Shown here in pieces: positions 48,746 through 58,683 of a stretch of DNA of 64,000 bases; the first letter of the stretch is position 1; each line of letters starts with the position of its first letter. Origin of the DNA: Rickettsiales bacterium (GTDB lineage Bacteria > Pseudomonadota > Alphaproteobacteria > Rickettsiales > UBA998); assembly GCA_965248995.1 (NCBI GenBank), contig CBDFKY010000004.1, positions 42,178 through 106,177 on the forward strand. The letters run 5' to 3'. The translations under genes and the position numbers were made by a program. The notes under the pieces are model-generated. The model had not been told where the DNA came from. It worked only from the letters and a program-made list of their open reading frames with translations, and searched no databases.

Positions 48746-49879
48746 ATGAACGAATACGACGGTAATGATCATCCTCAAGACGTGCACGCGCAGCAGCCCC
48801 GTCACCCGCGAGAAGAGTACCAGAAAGAGGAGACTGAGGAAAATAAGGGGCAACCGCAACGACATCAGCGGCCCCAAACCCAGAACGCACCACAGAAGCG
48901 CGATCAGCAGAAACCGGGTAAACTGAAATCTGAAAAACAGGAACCGGCCAAGGAAAGCTGGCTAAAGGCGCATCGCGCGTTGATTATCACTGTGGTGCTG
49001 GCGGTCGCGATTACTGCGGGCATCGCGTACGCGTTGTACCGCTGGCATGAAGGCGAGAAGGAAAAGGCGGAACTGGTGGCGCACGGCAACGTCGATATCC
49101 GGCAGGTCGAGCTCGGTTTCCGCGTGGCGGGACGTATCACCCAGATGAAATTCGAAGAGGGCGACGCGGTTAAGAAAGGAGACGTGGTCGCGGTACTGGA
49201 CAAGACCACGTTCGCCGAAGATGTTTCCTCATTGAAAGCCAGTAAATTGCAAGCCAAGGCGGCGATTGCCGAGCGCATGGCGGTGTATGAAAATGCCCAG
49301 CTGTTCGCCAGACGGCAGAAAAATCTGGTGGCTTCCGGATCGATTGCTAAACAGGAATATGATAACGCGGTAGCGCAGGTAAAACAGGCGGACGCGCAGC
49401 TCGGCAGCGCCCGGGCGGCACTGGAAGCGGCGGAAGCCCGTGCCAACGCGTCGGAAACCAATCTCGCTGATACGGAAATACTGGCGCCCAACGACGGCGT
49501 CATCTTCACCCGCGCGCGGGAGCCCGGCGCGATCGTCCCGGCGGGCGCCAGCGTGTATACGCTCTCGCTGAGCCATCCGATCTGGATTCGTGCTTATGTC
49601 GCCGAATCCGATTTAGGGCGCATCAAGACGGGAATGCAGGCGGATGTTAAGACGGATACCGAAGGCAATCCGATCCTGCACGGGCAGATCGGTTTTATTT
49701 CACCGCAGGCGGAATTCACCCCCAAGAATATCGAAACGAAAGAACTGCGTACCGATCTGGTCTACCGCATCCGCGTGCTGGTCGATGACGATCAGGGCAT
49801 TCTGCGCCAGGGAATGCCGGTGACGGTGACGATCCCGACGGATAAACGCACCTACCGTGAGGAACGCCGTGGCGAGTGA
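48746..49879 (+). CDS. HlyD-family periplasmic adaptor (YbhG-like) with a Q/E/K-rich N-terminal extension
   Basis: HGNVDIRQVELGFRVAGRI, APNDG, GFISPQAEFTPK..T..LRTDLVYR, LRQGMPVTV. Confidence 0.9.
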   Translation: MNEYDGNDHPQDVHAQQPRHPREEYQKEETEENKGQPQRHQRPQTQNAPQKRDQQKPGKLKSEKQEPAKESWLKAHRALIITVVLAVAITAGIAYALYRWHEGEKEKAELVAHGNVDIRQVELGFRVAGRITQMKFEEGDAVKKGDVVAVLDKTTFAEDVSSLKASKLQAKAAIAERMAVYENAQLFARRQKNLVASGSIAKQEYDNAVAQVKQADAQLGSARAALEAAEARANASETNLADTEILAPNDGVIFTRAREPGAIVPAGASVYTLSLSHPIWIRAYVAESDLGRIKTGMQADVKTDTEGNPILHGQIGFISPQAEFTPKNIETKELRTDLVYRIRVLVDDDQGILRQGMPVTVTIPTDKRTYREERRGE

Positions 49880-51590
49880 CCCCGCGATCCGGTTGAGCGG
49901 CGTCGTCAAGCGCTTCAAGGACGCGGAGGTATTGAAAGCGATCGACGCGGAGATCGGCGGAGGGCAGATCACGGGACTGGTCGGGCCGGACGGCGCCGGT
50001 AAGACCACGCTGATCCGACTGATGGCCGGATTACTGTTGCCCGAGGAAGGCAGCATCACCGTCGCCGGGCTGGATACCAAACGTGAAGCCGAAAAGATTC
50101 ATGACAGGCTGGGCTATATGCCGCAGAAATTCGGCCTGTATGAAGATTTGACCGTGCTGGAAAATCTGGAGCTTTACGCGAAGCTGCGCGGGGTCAAGGG
50201 CGAGGAAAAGCAGCGGGCATTCAAGCGAATGCTGGAATTTACCGACCTGCAGCGCTTCACATCGCGTTTGGCCGGGCAGCTTTCCGGCGGCATGAAGCAG
50301 AAACTGGGGCTGGCGTGCGCGCTGGTGTCCACGCCGGAAGTGCTGCTGCTCGATGAGCCGAGCGTGGGGGTCGATCCCATTTCCCGCCGCGAGCTGTGGA
50401 AGATGGTGCAGGAACTGGTGGACGGGGGAATGGCGGTTATCTGGTCGACCGCGTATCTGGACGAAGCCGAACAATGCGACGAAGTGCTGCTGCTCAACGA
50501 CGGCGAGCTGCTGTTCGCGGGTCCGCCGCAGGAACTGACCCAACGCGTGGAGGGACGCACGTTTTTATTTGTGACCGATGCGGAGCACCGCCGCAAGGCA
50601 TTAACCGATCTTATCAAGCGCCGCGCGGTGATCGACGGTGTGATTCAGGGGGACAACGTACGGGTAGTGCTCGCCGAAGACGCCAATCCGGAAAGCCTCG
50701 GCGTCGAACTCACGCCGGTCCAGCCGCGCTTCGAGGATGCGTTCATCGATATTTTGGGCGGTATCCAGATCGCCGAATCCGAACTGGCGAAAGAGATCGA
50801 GCGTAAGGAGGAGAGCGACGTGCCGCCGATCGAGGCGCAGCACCTGACGAAACGGTTCGACAAATTCACCGCCGCGCATGATATCAGTTTCAAGGTGGAA
50901 CGCGGGGAAATCTTCGGGTTGCTCGGGCCGAACGGCGCCGGTAAATCAACGTGTTTCAAAATGCTGTGCGGCCTGCTGCAACCGAGTGAGGGCAAGGCAC
51001 TGGTCGCAGGGATGGACCTGAAACGCGCTACTTCGCAGGCCAGGGAGCGCATCGGCTATATGGCACAGAAATTTTCGCTCTACGGAGATCTGAACGTCCG
51101 GCAGAACCTGGAATTTTTCTCAGGTCTGTATGGAATCGAGGCGAAAACCCGGAATGAAAAGATCGAGCAGATGATCCGGATTTTCGAACTCACGCCCTAC
51201 CTGAAACAGAATGCCGGCGAACTGCCGCTCGGATTCAAGCAGCGCCTCAGCCTCGCCTGCGCGACGATGCACGAGCCGGACGTGCTGTTCCTGGATGAGC
51301 CGACTTCCGGCGTCGATCCATTGACCCGCCGTGAATTCTGGATGCATATCAACGGCATGGTGGAACGCGGTGTGACCATCATGGTTACCACGCATTTTAT
51401 GGATGAAGCGGAATATTGCGACCGCATCGCGCTCATTTATCGCGGGGAAAACATCGCGACCGGCACGCCCGATGAATTAAAGCAGAGCGCCGCGTCCGAT
51501 GACCAGCGTGATCCGACGCTGGAAGACGCGTTCATTACGCTGGTGCAGCGCTATGACGCCGAGCACGGCCAGCAGGAGCAGGCCGCATGA
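49869..51590 (+). CDS. ABC exporter double ATPase (YbhF-like)
   Basis: GPDGAGKTT, LSGGMKQKL, GPNGAGKST, LPLGFKQRL, LDEPTSGVDP. Confidence 0.92.
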   Translation: MASDPAIRLSGVVKRFKDAEVLKAIDAEIGGGQITGLVGPDGAGKTTLIRLMAGLLLPEEGSITVAGLDTKREAEKIHDRLGYMPQKFGLYEDLTVLENLELYAKLRGVKGEEKQRAFKRMLEFTDLQRFTSRLAGQLSGGMKQKLGLACALVSTPEVLLLDEPSVGVDPISRRELWKMVQELVDGGMAVIWSTAYLDEAEQCDEVLLLNDGELLFAGPPQELTQRVEGRTFLFVTDAEHRRKALTDLIKRRAVIDGVIQGDNVRVVLAEDANPESLGVELTPVQPRFEDAFIDILGGIQIAESELAKEIERKEESDVPPIEAQHLTKRFDKFTAAHDISFKVERGEIFGLLGPNGAGKSTCFKMLCGLLQPSEGKALVAGMDLKRATSQARERIGYMAQKFSLYGDLNVRQNLEFFSGLYGIEAKTRNEKIEQMIRIFELTPYLKQNAGELPLGFKQRLSLACATMHEPDVLFLDEPTSGVDPLTRREFWMHINGMVERGVTIMVTTHFMDEAEYCDRIALIYRGENIATGTPDELKQSAASDDQRDPTLEDAFITLVQRYDAEHGQQEQAA

Positions 51591-52711
51591 GCAGCCGCAG
51601 CCGGGACCGCATCTTCGCCTATATGTGGAAAGAATCGCTGCAGGTCGTGCGCGATCCGAGCTCCATCCTGATCGCGATCATCCTGCCGCTCATCATGATG
51701 TTCCTGTTCGGCTACGGCGTCTCGCTGGACACCAATACCGTAAAGATCGGACTGGTGCTGGAAGACAGTTCGGCAGATGCCCGCTCGCTGGCGCACGCTT
51801 TTTCGCAGACGAAGTTTTTCGACGTGCAGCAAAGTCAGGACAGGCATTTTCTGGAAGACGAAATGGTGGCGGGGCGGTTGCGCGGCGTAGTCGTGATCCC
51901 GCAGGATTTTTCCGACAAGTTCGCCCGTGGCCAACAGGTGCAGGTGCAGGTCCTGGCCGACGGTTCGGAGACGAACACCGCGAGTTTCGTGCAGAATTAT
52001 GCGCAGGGTGTTGTCAACACATGGCTGCAGAGCAGGCAATATGACACCGGCGCCGCCGTGACGCTGCCGTTCGCGCTGGAGCCGCGCGTCTGGTTCAATG
52101 CCGAGCTCAAAAGCCGCAACGTCCTGCTGCCGGGCTCGATCTCGGTGGTGATGTCGATGATCGGCTGCCTGCTGACCGCGCTGGTGGTGGCGAGGGAATG
52201 GGAGCGCGGCACGATGGAGGCGATGATGTCCACCCCGATCCGCGTCCATGAAATGATTATCGCCAAGCTGACGCCGTATTTCCTGCTGGGATTGTTCTCG
52301 ATGGCGCTTTGCGTCGGCATTTCCATCTTTATTTTCGGCGTGCCGTTTCGCGGGTCGTTCCTGGCGCTGCTGCTGGCGACCTCGGCGTTCCTGCTCGCGG
52401 CGCTCGGGCAGGGGATGCTGATTTCTACGGCGGCGAAAAGCCAGTTCATCGCCAGCCAGATCGCGCTGTTGACCGGTTTTTTGCCGGCGTTCCTGCTCTC
52501 CGGCTTCCTGTTCGAAATCAATTCGATGCCGCTGCCGCTCCGGCTGCTGACCTATGCGCTGCCGCCGCGCTATTTCGTGGCGATCCTGCAGACGATTTTC
52601 GCGGCGGGCGACATCTGGTCGCTGTTCATTCCGAACCTGCTGACCATGCTACTGCTCGCGACCATTCTCCTCGGGCTCACCGCCAAGCGCAGCGTCAAGA
52701 GGCTCGCATGA
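51587..52711 (+). CDS. ABC-2 permease (YbhS-like)
   Basis: KESLQVVRDPSSILIA, LTALVVAREWERGTMEA, LLSGFLFEINSMP. Confidence 0.9.
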   Translation: MSSRSRDRIFAYMWKESLQVVRDPSSILIAIILPLIMMFLFGYGVSLDTNTVKIGLVLEDSSADARSLAHAFSQTKFFDVQQSQDRHFLEDEMVAGRLRGVVVIPQDFSDKFARGQQVQVQVLADGSETNTASFVQNYAQGVVNTWLQSRQYDTGAAVTLPFALEPRVWFNAELKSRNVLLPGSISVVMSMIGCLLTALVVAREWERGTMEAMMSTPIRVHEMIIAKLTPYFLLGLFSMALCVGISIFIFGVPFRGSFLALLLATSAFLLAALGQGMLISTAAKSQFIASQIALLTGFLPAFLLSGFLFEINSMPLPLRLLTYALPPRYFVAILQTIFAAGDIWSLFIPNLLTMLLLATILLGLTAKRSVKRLA

Positions 52712-53835
52712 CGCAGGCCAACCAGTGGATACGATTGAAGGCACTGATCGTGAAGGAAATGCTCGCGGTGCTGTATGACAAGAAAACGCGGATCTCGCTG
52801 ATCATGCCGCCGCTGGTGCAGCTGCTTATTTTCTCGCACGCGGCGACGCTGGAAGTGAAAAACATCCACATGGCGATTTATAACGAGGATAGCGGCTATT
52901 ACGCGGCGGAACTGATCCAGCGCATCCACGGCTCGCCGTACGTCACCGATCTGCAGTTCGCCAGCAGCATGGACGAGCTGCATCACATGATCGATACGCA
53001 GAAGGCGATCGTCGCGCTGCATATCCCGATGGATTTCTCGAAGCGGGCGATGCAGGGGCAGGCCACCGCGCAGATGATTCTCGACGGGCGCAAATCCAAT
53101 TCTTCGCAGATTGTCAGCGGATACGTGACGCAGATCGTCCAGCAGTTCAACGCCGAACTGCTGCAGCAGCGGGGCGGTGCAGAGATGAAGCAGCCGGTGG
53201 TGACGGAGTTTCGCGCATGGTTCAATCCGAACCTCGATTATATCTGGTATAACATCCCCTGCCTGTTCGCGGTGCTGGTTATGATCTTGGTGCTGACCAT
53301 CACGTCGCTGTCCGTAGCGCGGGAGCGCGAGATGGGCACGTTCGACCAGTTGCTCGTCTCGCCGCTGCAGCCGTGGCAGATCCTGCTCGGGAAATCCGTG
53401 CCGGCGCTGGTCATCGGTGTCGCGGAGGCGACGTTCATCATGTCGCTGGGGCTGATCCTCTTCGGGATTCCGTTCAAGGGGTCGGTGCTGGCGCTGTATT
53501 TCGCGACGATCGTGTTCGTGGTGGCGATCACCGGGGTCGGACTGTTTATCTCGTCGCTTTCCCGCACCCAGCAGCAGGCCAATCTCGGCACGTTCGTGTT
53601 CATGGTGCCGACCATGCTGATTTCGGGCTATTCGACGCCGATCGAAAACATGGTGGACTGGCTGCAGCCGGTCAGCTGGTTCATGCCGCTGCGTCATTTC
53701 CTACGCATCGTCAAAGGAATTTTTTTAAAAGACATGCCGTTTTCCGAAGTGTTATTGAATACGTGGCCGATCGCCCTGATCGCGGTGTTCACGCTTTCGG
53801 TGGCGGGATGGATGTTTAGCCGGAGGTTGGAGTGA
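52708..53835 (+). CDS. ABC-2 permease (YbhR-like)
   Basis: PPLVQLLIF.HAATLEV, ILDGRKSNS, SVAREREMGTFDQLLVSP, SGYSTPIENM. Confidence 0.9.
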   Translation: MTQANQWIRLKALIVKEMLAVLYDKKTRISLIMPPLVQLLIFSHAATLEVKNIHMAIYNEDSGYYAAELIQRIHGSPYVTDLQFASSMDELHHMIDTQKAIVALHIPMDFSKRAMQGQATAQMILDGRKSNSSQIVSGYVTQIVQQFNAELLQQRGGAEMKQPVVTEFRAWFNPNLDYIWYNIPCLFAVLVMILVLTITSLSVAREREMGTFDQLLVSPLQPWQILLGKSVPALVIGVAEATFIMSLGLILFGIPFKGSVLALYFATIVFVVAITGVGLFISSLSRTQQQANLGTFVFMVPTMLISGYSTPIENMVDWLQPVSWFMPLRHFLRIVKGIFLKDMPFSEVLLNTWPIALIAVFTLSVAGWMFSRRLE

Positions 53836-55280
53836 AGTACGTTTCCTTTTTAATGCTGATAATAGGATTAACCGCTTGTACCGTGGGACCGGATTACCAT
53901 GCGCCCGACATGGATGCGCCGGATGCGTGGCACGCGGGCGCCGGAAGGACCGGCGTTGCGGCGCGTTCGGCTCGCTGGTGGGAGAATTTCCATGACGCGA
54001 CGCTGGATGACCTGATCGAGCAGGCGTTGTCCAACAACCAGCAGATCAAACTGGCGGAAGCGCGCCTTACCGAGGAACGCGCCAACCGGCTCGCGGTGGC
54101 GTCCGCCTTGTATCCGCAGATATCGCTCGGCGGAAACACGACGCGCGGTAACCAGACGACCGCACAGTCGGCGGCGTTCATTCCGAGTTCCTTGGCGGGA
54201 GCGGGAGGCGGGGACGATCCGAAACCCGTGACCGTTGCACAAGCAACGTTCGACGCCAGCTGGGAGCCCGACCTGTTTGGCGGTACGCGCCGTCAGGTGG
54301 AGGCGGAGCAGGCGCAGATAGAGGGCGCGCAAGCCGATGTACGCGCCGTGCAGCTGGCACTGATCGGTGATGTGGCGCAAAATTACATCGGCTTGCGGCA
54401 GTTGCAGGCGCAGGCGGCGATCATCCGCAAAACCGCCAAGGCACAGCAGAACCTCGCAGGCATCGCCAACCGCAGCTATAAGGTCGGGACGGGAAGCCGT
54501 TTCGAGGCGGCGGAGGCGGAAGCGCTGGCGCAGTCGACCGATGCGCGCCTCCCTGAGCTGAAACGGCAGGAACAGGCGCTAAGCAATCAGTTATCGGTCT
54601 TGCTCGGCGAGACCGCCGGGCCGCTCGGCGACCGGTTGCACAACTCAGCGCCCCTGCCGAAGCCGATCATGATTCCCGCCTTGCAGGCGCCCGCCGAAAC
54701 CTTGCGGCAACGGCCCGACGTGCGCGCCGTCGAACGCGCCCTTGCCGCGGCGACCGCATTGCAGGGTGCTGCTATCGCCGAGGCGTATCCCAAGGTTACG
54801 CTCTCCGCCCTGTTCGGTGTACTCGATACCTCACTCAGCGATCCGGTGCGCATCTGGTCGTATACCGGCGGGGTCGCCGCGCCGCTCTTCACGTTCGGCA
54901 GGATCGAAGGGCAGATTAATGCGGCCAACGCCCGGGAACGGCAGGCGTTCTACCGTTACCGGCAGACGGTATTGCAGGCGGTAGCCGATGTAGAGACACA
55001 GTTGCAGAACGTCGCGTGGTCGAACGTGCGGGCCGTCAAGCTGAAGCGTGCCGCCCGGAGCGCATCGGAAGCGGTGGGAATCGCCCGCAAGCGTTATACG
55101 AACGGTGTCGCCCCGTTCACCGAAGTGCTGAATGCGGAGCAGCAGTTTTACCAGGTCGAAAACGACCATGTGATTGCGCAGGGCCAGCACCTTAACTATC
55201 TTGTCGCCCTGCATAAAGCGCTCGGCCTTCTTCCCCCAACACCCTCCAAGGAGTCTTCCCATGTTACCAATGTTCGATAG
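53832..55280 (+). CDS. NodT/TolC-family outer-membrane efflux lipoprotein
   Basis: Lipobox LTAC then TVGPDY, WWENFHD, ASWEPDLFG, RPDVRAVER. Confidence 0.9.
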   Translation: MKYVSFLMLIIGLTACTVGPDYHAPDMDAPDAWHAGAGRTGVAARSARWWENFHDATLDDLIEQALSNNQQIKLAEARLTEERANRLAVASALYPQISLGGNTTRGNQTTAQSAAFIPSSLAGAGGGDDPKPVTVAQATFDASWEPDLFGGTRRQVEAEQAQIEGAQADVRAVQLALIGDVAQNYIGLRQLQAQAAIIRKTAKAQQNLAGIANRSYKVGTGSRFEAAEAEALAQSTDARLPELKRQEQALSNQLSVLLGETAGPLGDRLHNSAPLPKPIMIPALQAPAETLRQRPDVRAVERALAAATALQGAAIAEAYPKVTLSALFGVLDTSLSDPVRIWSYTGGVAAPLFTFGRIEGQINAANARERQAFYRYRQTVLQAVADVETQLQNVAWSNVRAVKLKRAARSASEAVGIARKRYTNGVAPFTEVLNAEQQFYQVENDHVIAQGQHLNYLVALHKALGLLPPTPSKESSHVTNVR

Positions 55281-56568
55281 CCGTTATGTATATACTTCGG
55301 TGGATGCATGGTACAATGCCATGCGGTTTCCTTCACAATGGTTCAAATACGCGGCGGATACGCTGGATGAGCGTATGTCGCCGGTCAACCATGCGTGGGA
55401 GGATGCAAACCCTTCCCTTACAAAACTTCGCCGCTGCATGTCCGTCCGTTTGCGTCTGGCACAGCGCCTGACGCAGAGTTATGAAAAGCCGGCGTTTGGC
55501 ATCACGCATACCGAAGTGAACGGCGCGAAGGTGGAAATAGTAGAAGAATGCGTATTCACCACGCCCTTCTGTCATCTGCTGCATTTCAAAAAGGAAGGAG
55601 CCACCGGCCAGCCCCGCTTAAGTCAGCCGCGCCTGCTTATGGTCGCGCCGATGGCGGGACATTACGCGACGCTGCTGCGTGATACGGTGCGTGATTCCCT
55701 GCCGCATTTCGACGTGTACGTCACCGACTGGCAGAATGCCCGCGACGTGCCGATCAGCCACGGCGCGTTCGATTTCGACAGCTGCATCGCCGTGCTGGTG
55801 CGGTGTTTCGAACATCTGTCGGCCGAGCCGTTCCATGTGATGGGCGTCTGCCAGTCCGGCGTGCCGGTTTATGCCGCGGTCGCCCTACTCGAGGATAACG
55901 AACAGGTGCGCGACTGGCTGCCTAGCAGCGTCACCTTGATGGGCAGCCCAATCGATACGCGCCAGTCACCCACTTCGGTCAATACCTATGCCATGCAGCA
56001 TAACGAGGACTGGTTCGAGCACACCGCGCTCACCATCGTGCCGGAAGGACATCCGGGGGAGCGGCGGCTGGTCTATCCCGGTTTCATGCAGCTTGCGGCA
56101 TTCCTCAGTATGCATCCGGAGCGACACCAGAAATCGATCAAGGACGCCATGCAGCATTACGTGTCCGGCGATTTCGAGGGTGAAGAGAAGATCAGTTCAT
56201 TCTACGGGGAATATTGCTCGGTGATGGACCTGACGGCGGAATTTTACCTGCAGACAGTGCGGGTGGTGTTTCAGGAGGCGCTGCTGCCGCAGGGCAAGTT
56301 GACTTCCCGCGGTCGCAAGGTCGATCCGGGCGCGATCCGGCAGACCCCCATTTTCGCGGTGGAAGGGGAACTCGACGATATCTGCGGGCTTGGCCAGACG
56401 AGAGCGGCCCTTGATCTTGCCACGCAGTTGCCGGAGAGCAAGAAATCCTACCTGATGCTGCCGGGCGCCGGCCATTACGGCTTGTTCAACGGACACCGAT
56501 ATCGCGAAACGGTCTTGCCGCGACTGCTGCAGTTTACCGGTAACCAGCTCTTAAAAAAAGCGGGCTGA
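55261..56568 (+). CDS. phaZ: Intracellular polyhydroxyalkanoate depolymerase (PhaZ1 type)
   Basis: VAPMAGHYATLLR, VYVTDW.NAR, GVCQ (Cys nucleophile), VYPGFMQL, DLTAEFYLQTV, EGELDDI, GHYGLF. Confidence 0.92.
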   Translation: MLPMFDSRYVYTSVDAWYNAMRFPSQWFKYAADTLDERMSPVNHAWEDANPSLTKLRRCMSVRLRLAQRLTQSYEKPAFGITHTEVNGAKVEIVEECVFTTPFCHLLHFKKEGATGQPRLSQPRLLMVAPMAGHYATLLRDTVRDSLPHFDVYVTDWQNARDVPISHGAFDFDSCIAVLVRCFEHLSAEPFHVMGVCQSGVPVYAAVALLEDNEQVRDWLPSSVTLMGSPIDTRQSPTSVNTYAMQHNEDWFEHTALTIVPEGHPGERRLVYPGFMQLAAFLSMHPERHQKSIKDAMQHYVSGDFEGEEKISSFYGEYCSVMDLTAEFYLQTVRVVFQEALLPQGKLTSRGRKVDPGAIRQTPIFAVEGELDDICGLGQTRAALDLATQLPESKKSYLMLPGAGHYGLFNGHRYRETVLPRLLQFTGNQLLKKAG

Positions 56569-56569
56569 T

Positions 56570-57517
56570 ATGGAAGCGTTGTTGAACCTGACCTTGCTGC
56601 GTGAACATTTCCTGGAGCGCGCGAGGGTAAAACCAAAATTGCGGGTAGCGGTGGTGCATCCGGCAAGCCGGGAAGCGCTGGAAGGGGCGGTGGAAGCGGC
56701 ACATGCCGGGTTAATCGAGCCGGTGCTTATCGGTCCGGCCAGTAAAATCGCCTCAATTGCCGCAGAGGCGAATATCGACCTGTCGTCTTACGAACAGATT
56801 GAGGCGCCGCACAGCCACGCGGCGGCGGAAGCGGGTGCGGCGCTGGCGGGAGCCGGCAAGGTCCATGCGATCATGAAAGGCAGCCTGCATACCGACGAGC
56901 TGATGAGCGCCGTACTGCGGGCGGAAAACAACCTGCGCACCGAGCGGCGCTTGAGCCACGTGTTCGTGATGGCGACGGCGCATTACCATAAACCGTTCTT
57001 CATTACCGACGCGGCGATCAACATCGCGCCGGACCTGTCCGCCAAAGCCGACATCGTGCAGAACGCGGTGGACCTGTTCCTGGCGGTACGGGAAACCGAC
57101 CAGTTGCCGAAAGTCGCGGTGCTCGCAGCGGTGGAGACGGTCAACACCAGAATGCAAGCGACGATCGACGCGGCCTGCCTGTGCAAAATGGCGGAACGGG
57201 GGCAGATACACAATGCCATCCTTGACGGGCCGCTCGGGTATGACAACGCCCTTTCCCTGAAAGCCGCGGCGATCAAGCACATCACGTCACCGGTGGCGGG
57301 AGACGCCGATATTTTCGTGACGCCCGATCTGGAATCGGGCAATATGCTGGTCAAACAACTGGTGCTGCTCGCCGAAGCATCGGCGGCGGGAATCGTCCTC
57401 GGCGCGAAAGTGCCGATCATTCTCACCAGCCGTGCCGACGGGCCCGAAGCGCGTATCGGTTCGTGCGCCCTCGCGGTGCTGTATGCTGACGCGAAGGCGC
57501 AGCCTGCGGAGCAGTAA
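56570..57517 (+). CDS. Phosphate acetyl/butyryltransferase (PTA/PTB family)
   Basis: MKGSLHTDEL, LRTERRLSHVF, TDAAINIAP, DGPL..DNA, PDLESGNML.K, ILTSRAD. Confidence 0.9.
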   Translation: MEALLNLTLLREHFLERARVKPKLRVAVVHPASREALEGAVEAAHAGLIEPVLIGPASKIASIAAEANIDLSSYEQIEAPHSHAAAEAGAALAGAGKVHAIMKGSLHTDELMSAVLRAENNLRTERRLSHVFVMATAHYHKPFFITDAAINIAPDLSAKADIVQNAVDLFLAVRETDQLPKVAVLAAVETVNTRMQATIDAACLCKMAERGQIHNAILDGPLGYDNALSLKAAAIKHITSPVAGDADIFVTPDLESGNMLVKQLVLLAEASAAGIVLGAKVPIILTSRADGPEARIGSCALAVLYADAKAQPAEQ

Positions 57518-57520
57518 TCA

Positions 57521-58582
57521 ATGACGCACTCAGCGAACCTCACGTTCAATGCCGGGTCTTCAAGCCTGAAAATCGGCGTATTCGACGCGTTGACGCTGGA
57601 GGAAATCACCCGTCACGACGCGAAAAACTTAGATGCCGCCCTAGCGCTCATCAAGGAAACCGGTGTTTCCGTCCAGCGCGTCGCCCACCGTGTCGTTCAT
57701 GGAGGCGAGCATTTCAGCGCGCCGGTCGTGCTGGATGACGCGATTATCAACGAACTGCGGACACTCATTCCGCTGGCACCGCTGCATCTGCCGCCGAGCC
57801 TGGAAATGATAGGTCAGCTGCGCACCCTTTACCCGGATATCCCGCATGTCGCATGTTTCGATACGGGTTTCCACACGACCCTGCCACCGCTGGAGCGGGC
57901 ATTACCTCTGCCGCCGTCATTCACCTCGGGCGGGATGCGGCGTTACGGGTTTCACGGGCTGTCCTATCAGTATATCGCCTCCGTCCTGCCGGATGCCGCA
58001 GGCGAGACGGCACTGGGCAGGGTCGTCGTCGCGCATCTGGGCAGCGGTGCGAGCCTGTGCGCGATGCACCGCTTGCAAAGCGTCGCCACGACCATGAGTT
58101 TCAGCAGTCTCGACGGGCTGATGATGGGCACACGCTGCGGGACAATAGATCCGGGTGTCATCCTCTACCTGCTGCGGGAAAGGCGGATGGACGCGGATAA
58201 AGTGAGTGATCTGCTCTATCATCATGCAGGCCTGAAAGGTCTGGCGGGGGAGAGCGACATGCGCACGCTGGAAGCGGCAGGCACGCCGGAAGCCGATTTC
58301 GCGATCGCGCTGTTCTGTTATCAGGTGGCGAAACATGTCGCTTCCATGGCGACCGCATTGCAGGGAATCGACGCGCTGGTTTTCACGGGCGGCATCGGTG
58401 AGCATTCGGCGCGGGTGCGGCGTGAAGTGTGCGCACGGCTGGAATGGATCGGCGTGACGCTTGACGCGGCCGCTGATGGGAAGCGTTCGGCATGTATCAG
58501 TACGCCGTCATCGAAAGTGAAAGCGTATGTGATCGCCACGAACGAAGAAAAAATGATGGCGGAACTTAGCCGGGCATTATAG
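57521..58582 (+). CDS. ackA: Acetate/short-chain fatty acid kinase
   Basis: NAGSSSLK, HRVVHGG, PLAPLH, FDTGFH, RYGFHGLSY, HLGSGAS, MGTRCG, FTGGIGE, TNEE. Confidence 0.92.
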   Translation: MTHSANLTFNAGSSSLKIGVFDALTLEEITRHDAKNLDAALALIKETGVSVQRVAHRVVHGGEHFSAPVVLDDAIINELRTLIPLAPLHLPPSLEMIGQLRTLYPDIPHVACFDTGFHTTLPPLERALPLPPSFTSGGMRRYGFHGLSYQYIASVLPDAAGETALGRVVVAHLGSGASLCAMHRLQSVATTMSFSSLDGLMMGTRCGTIDPGVILYLLRERRMDADKVSDLLYHHAGLKGLAGESDMRTLEAAGTPEADFAIALFCYQVAKHVASMATALQGIDALVFTGGIGEHSARVRREVCARLEWIGVTLDAAADGKRSACISTPSSKVKAYVIATNEEKMMAELSRAL

Positions 58583-58588
58583 CGTTTT

Positions 58589-58626
58589 AACTTTATAATG
58601 ATTCATTCATGAGCCATTATAAAGTT
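58589..58626. terminator. AT-rich hairpin between convergent ackA and the kinase gene
   Basis: AACTTTATAATG...CATTATAAAGTT. Confidence 0.55.
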
Positions 58627-58683
58627 GAGCACCGCTATGTAATTCCTGTCTTTTAAAAAAAGTACGGATTCGTTTCAGCGCTC

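Noticed and set aside
55609-55635. QPRL-S-QPRL tandem duplication in phaZ
   Set aside because: Real but small, in frame, diverged at synonymous sites and in a variable loop; no functional implication can be supported.
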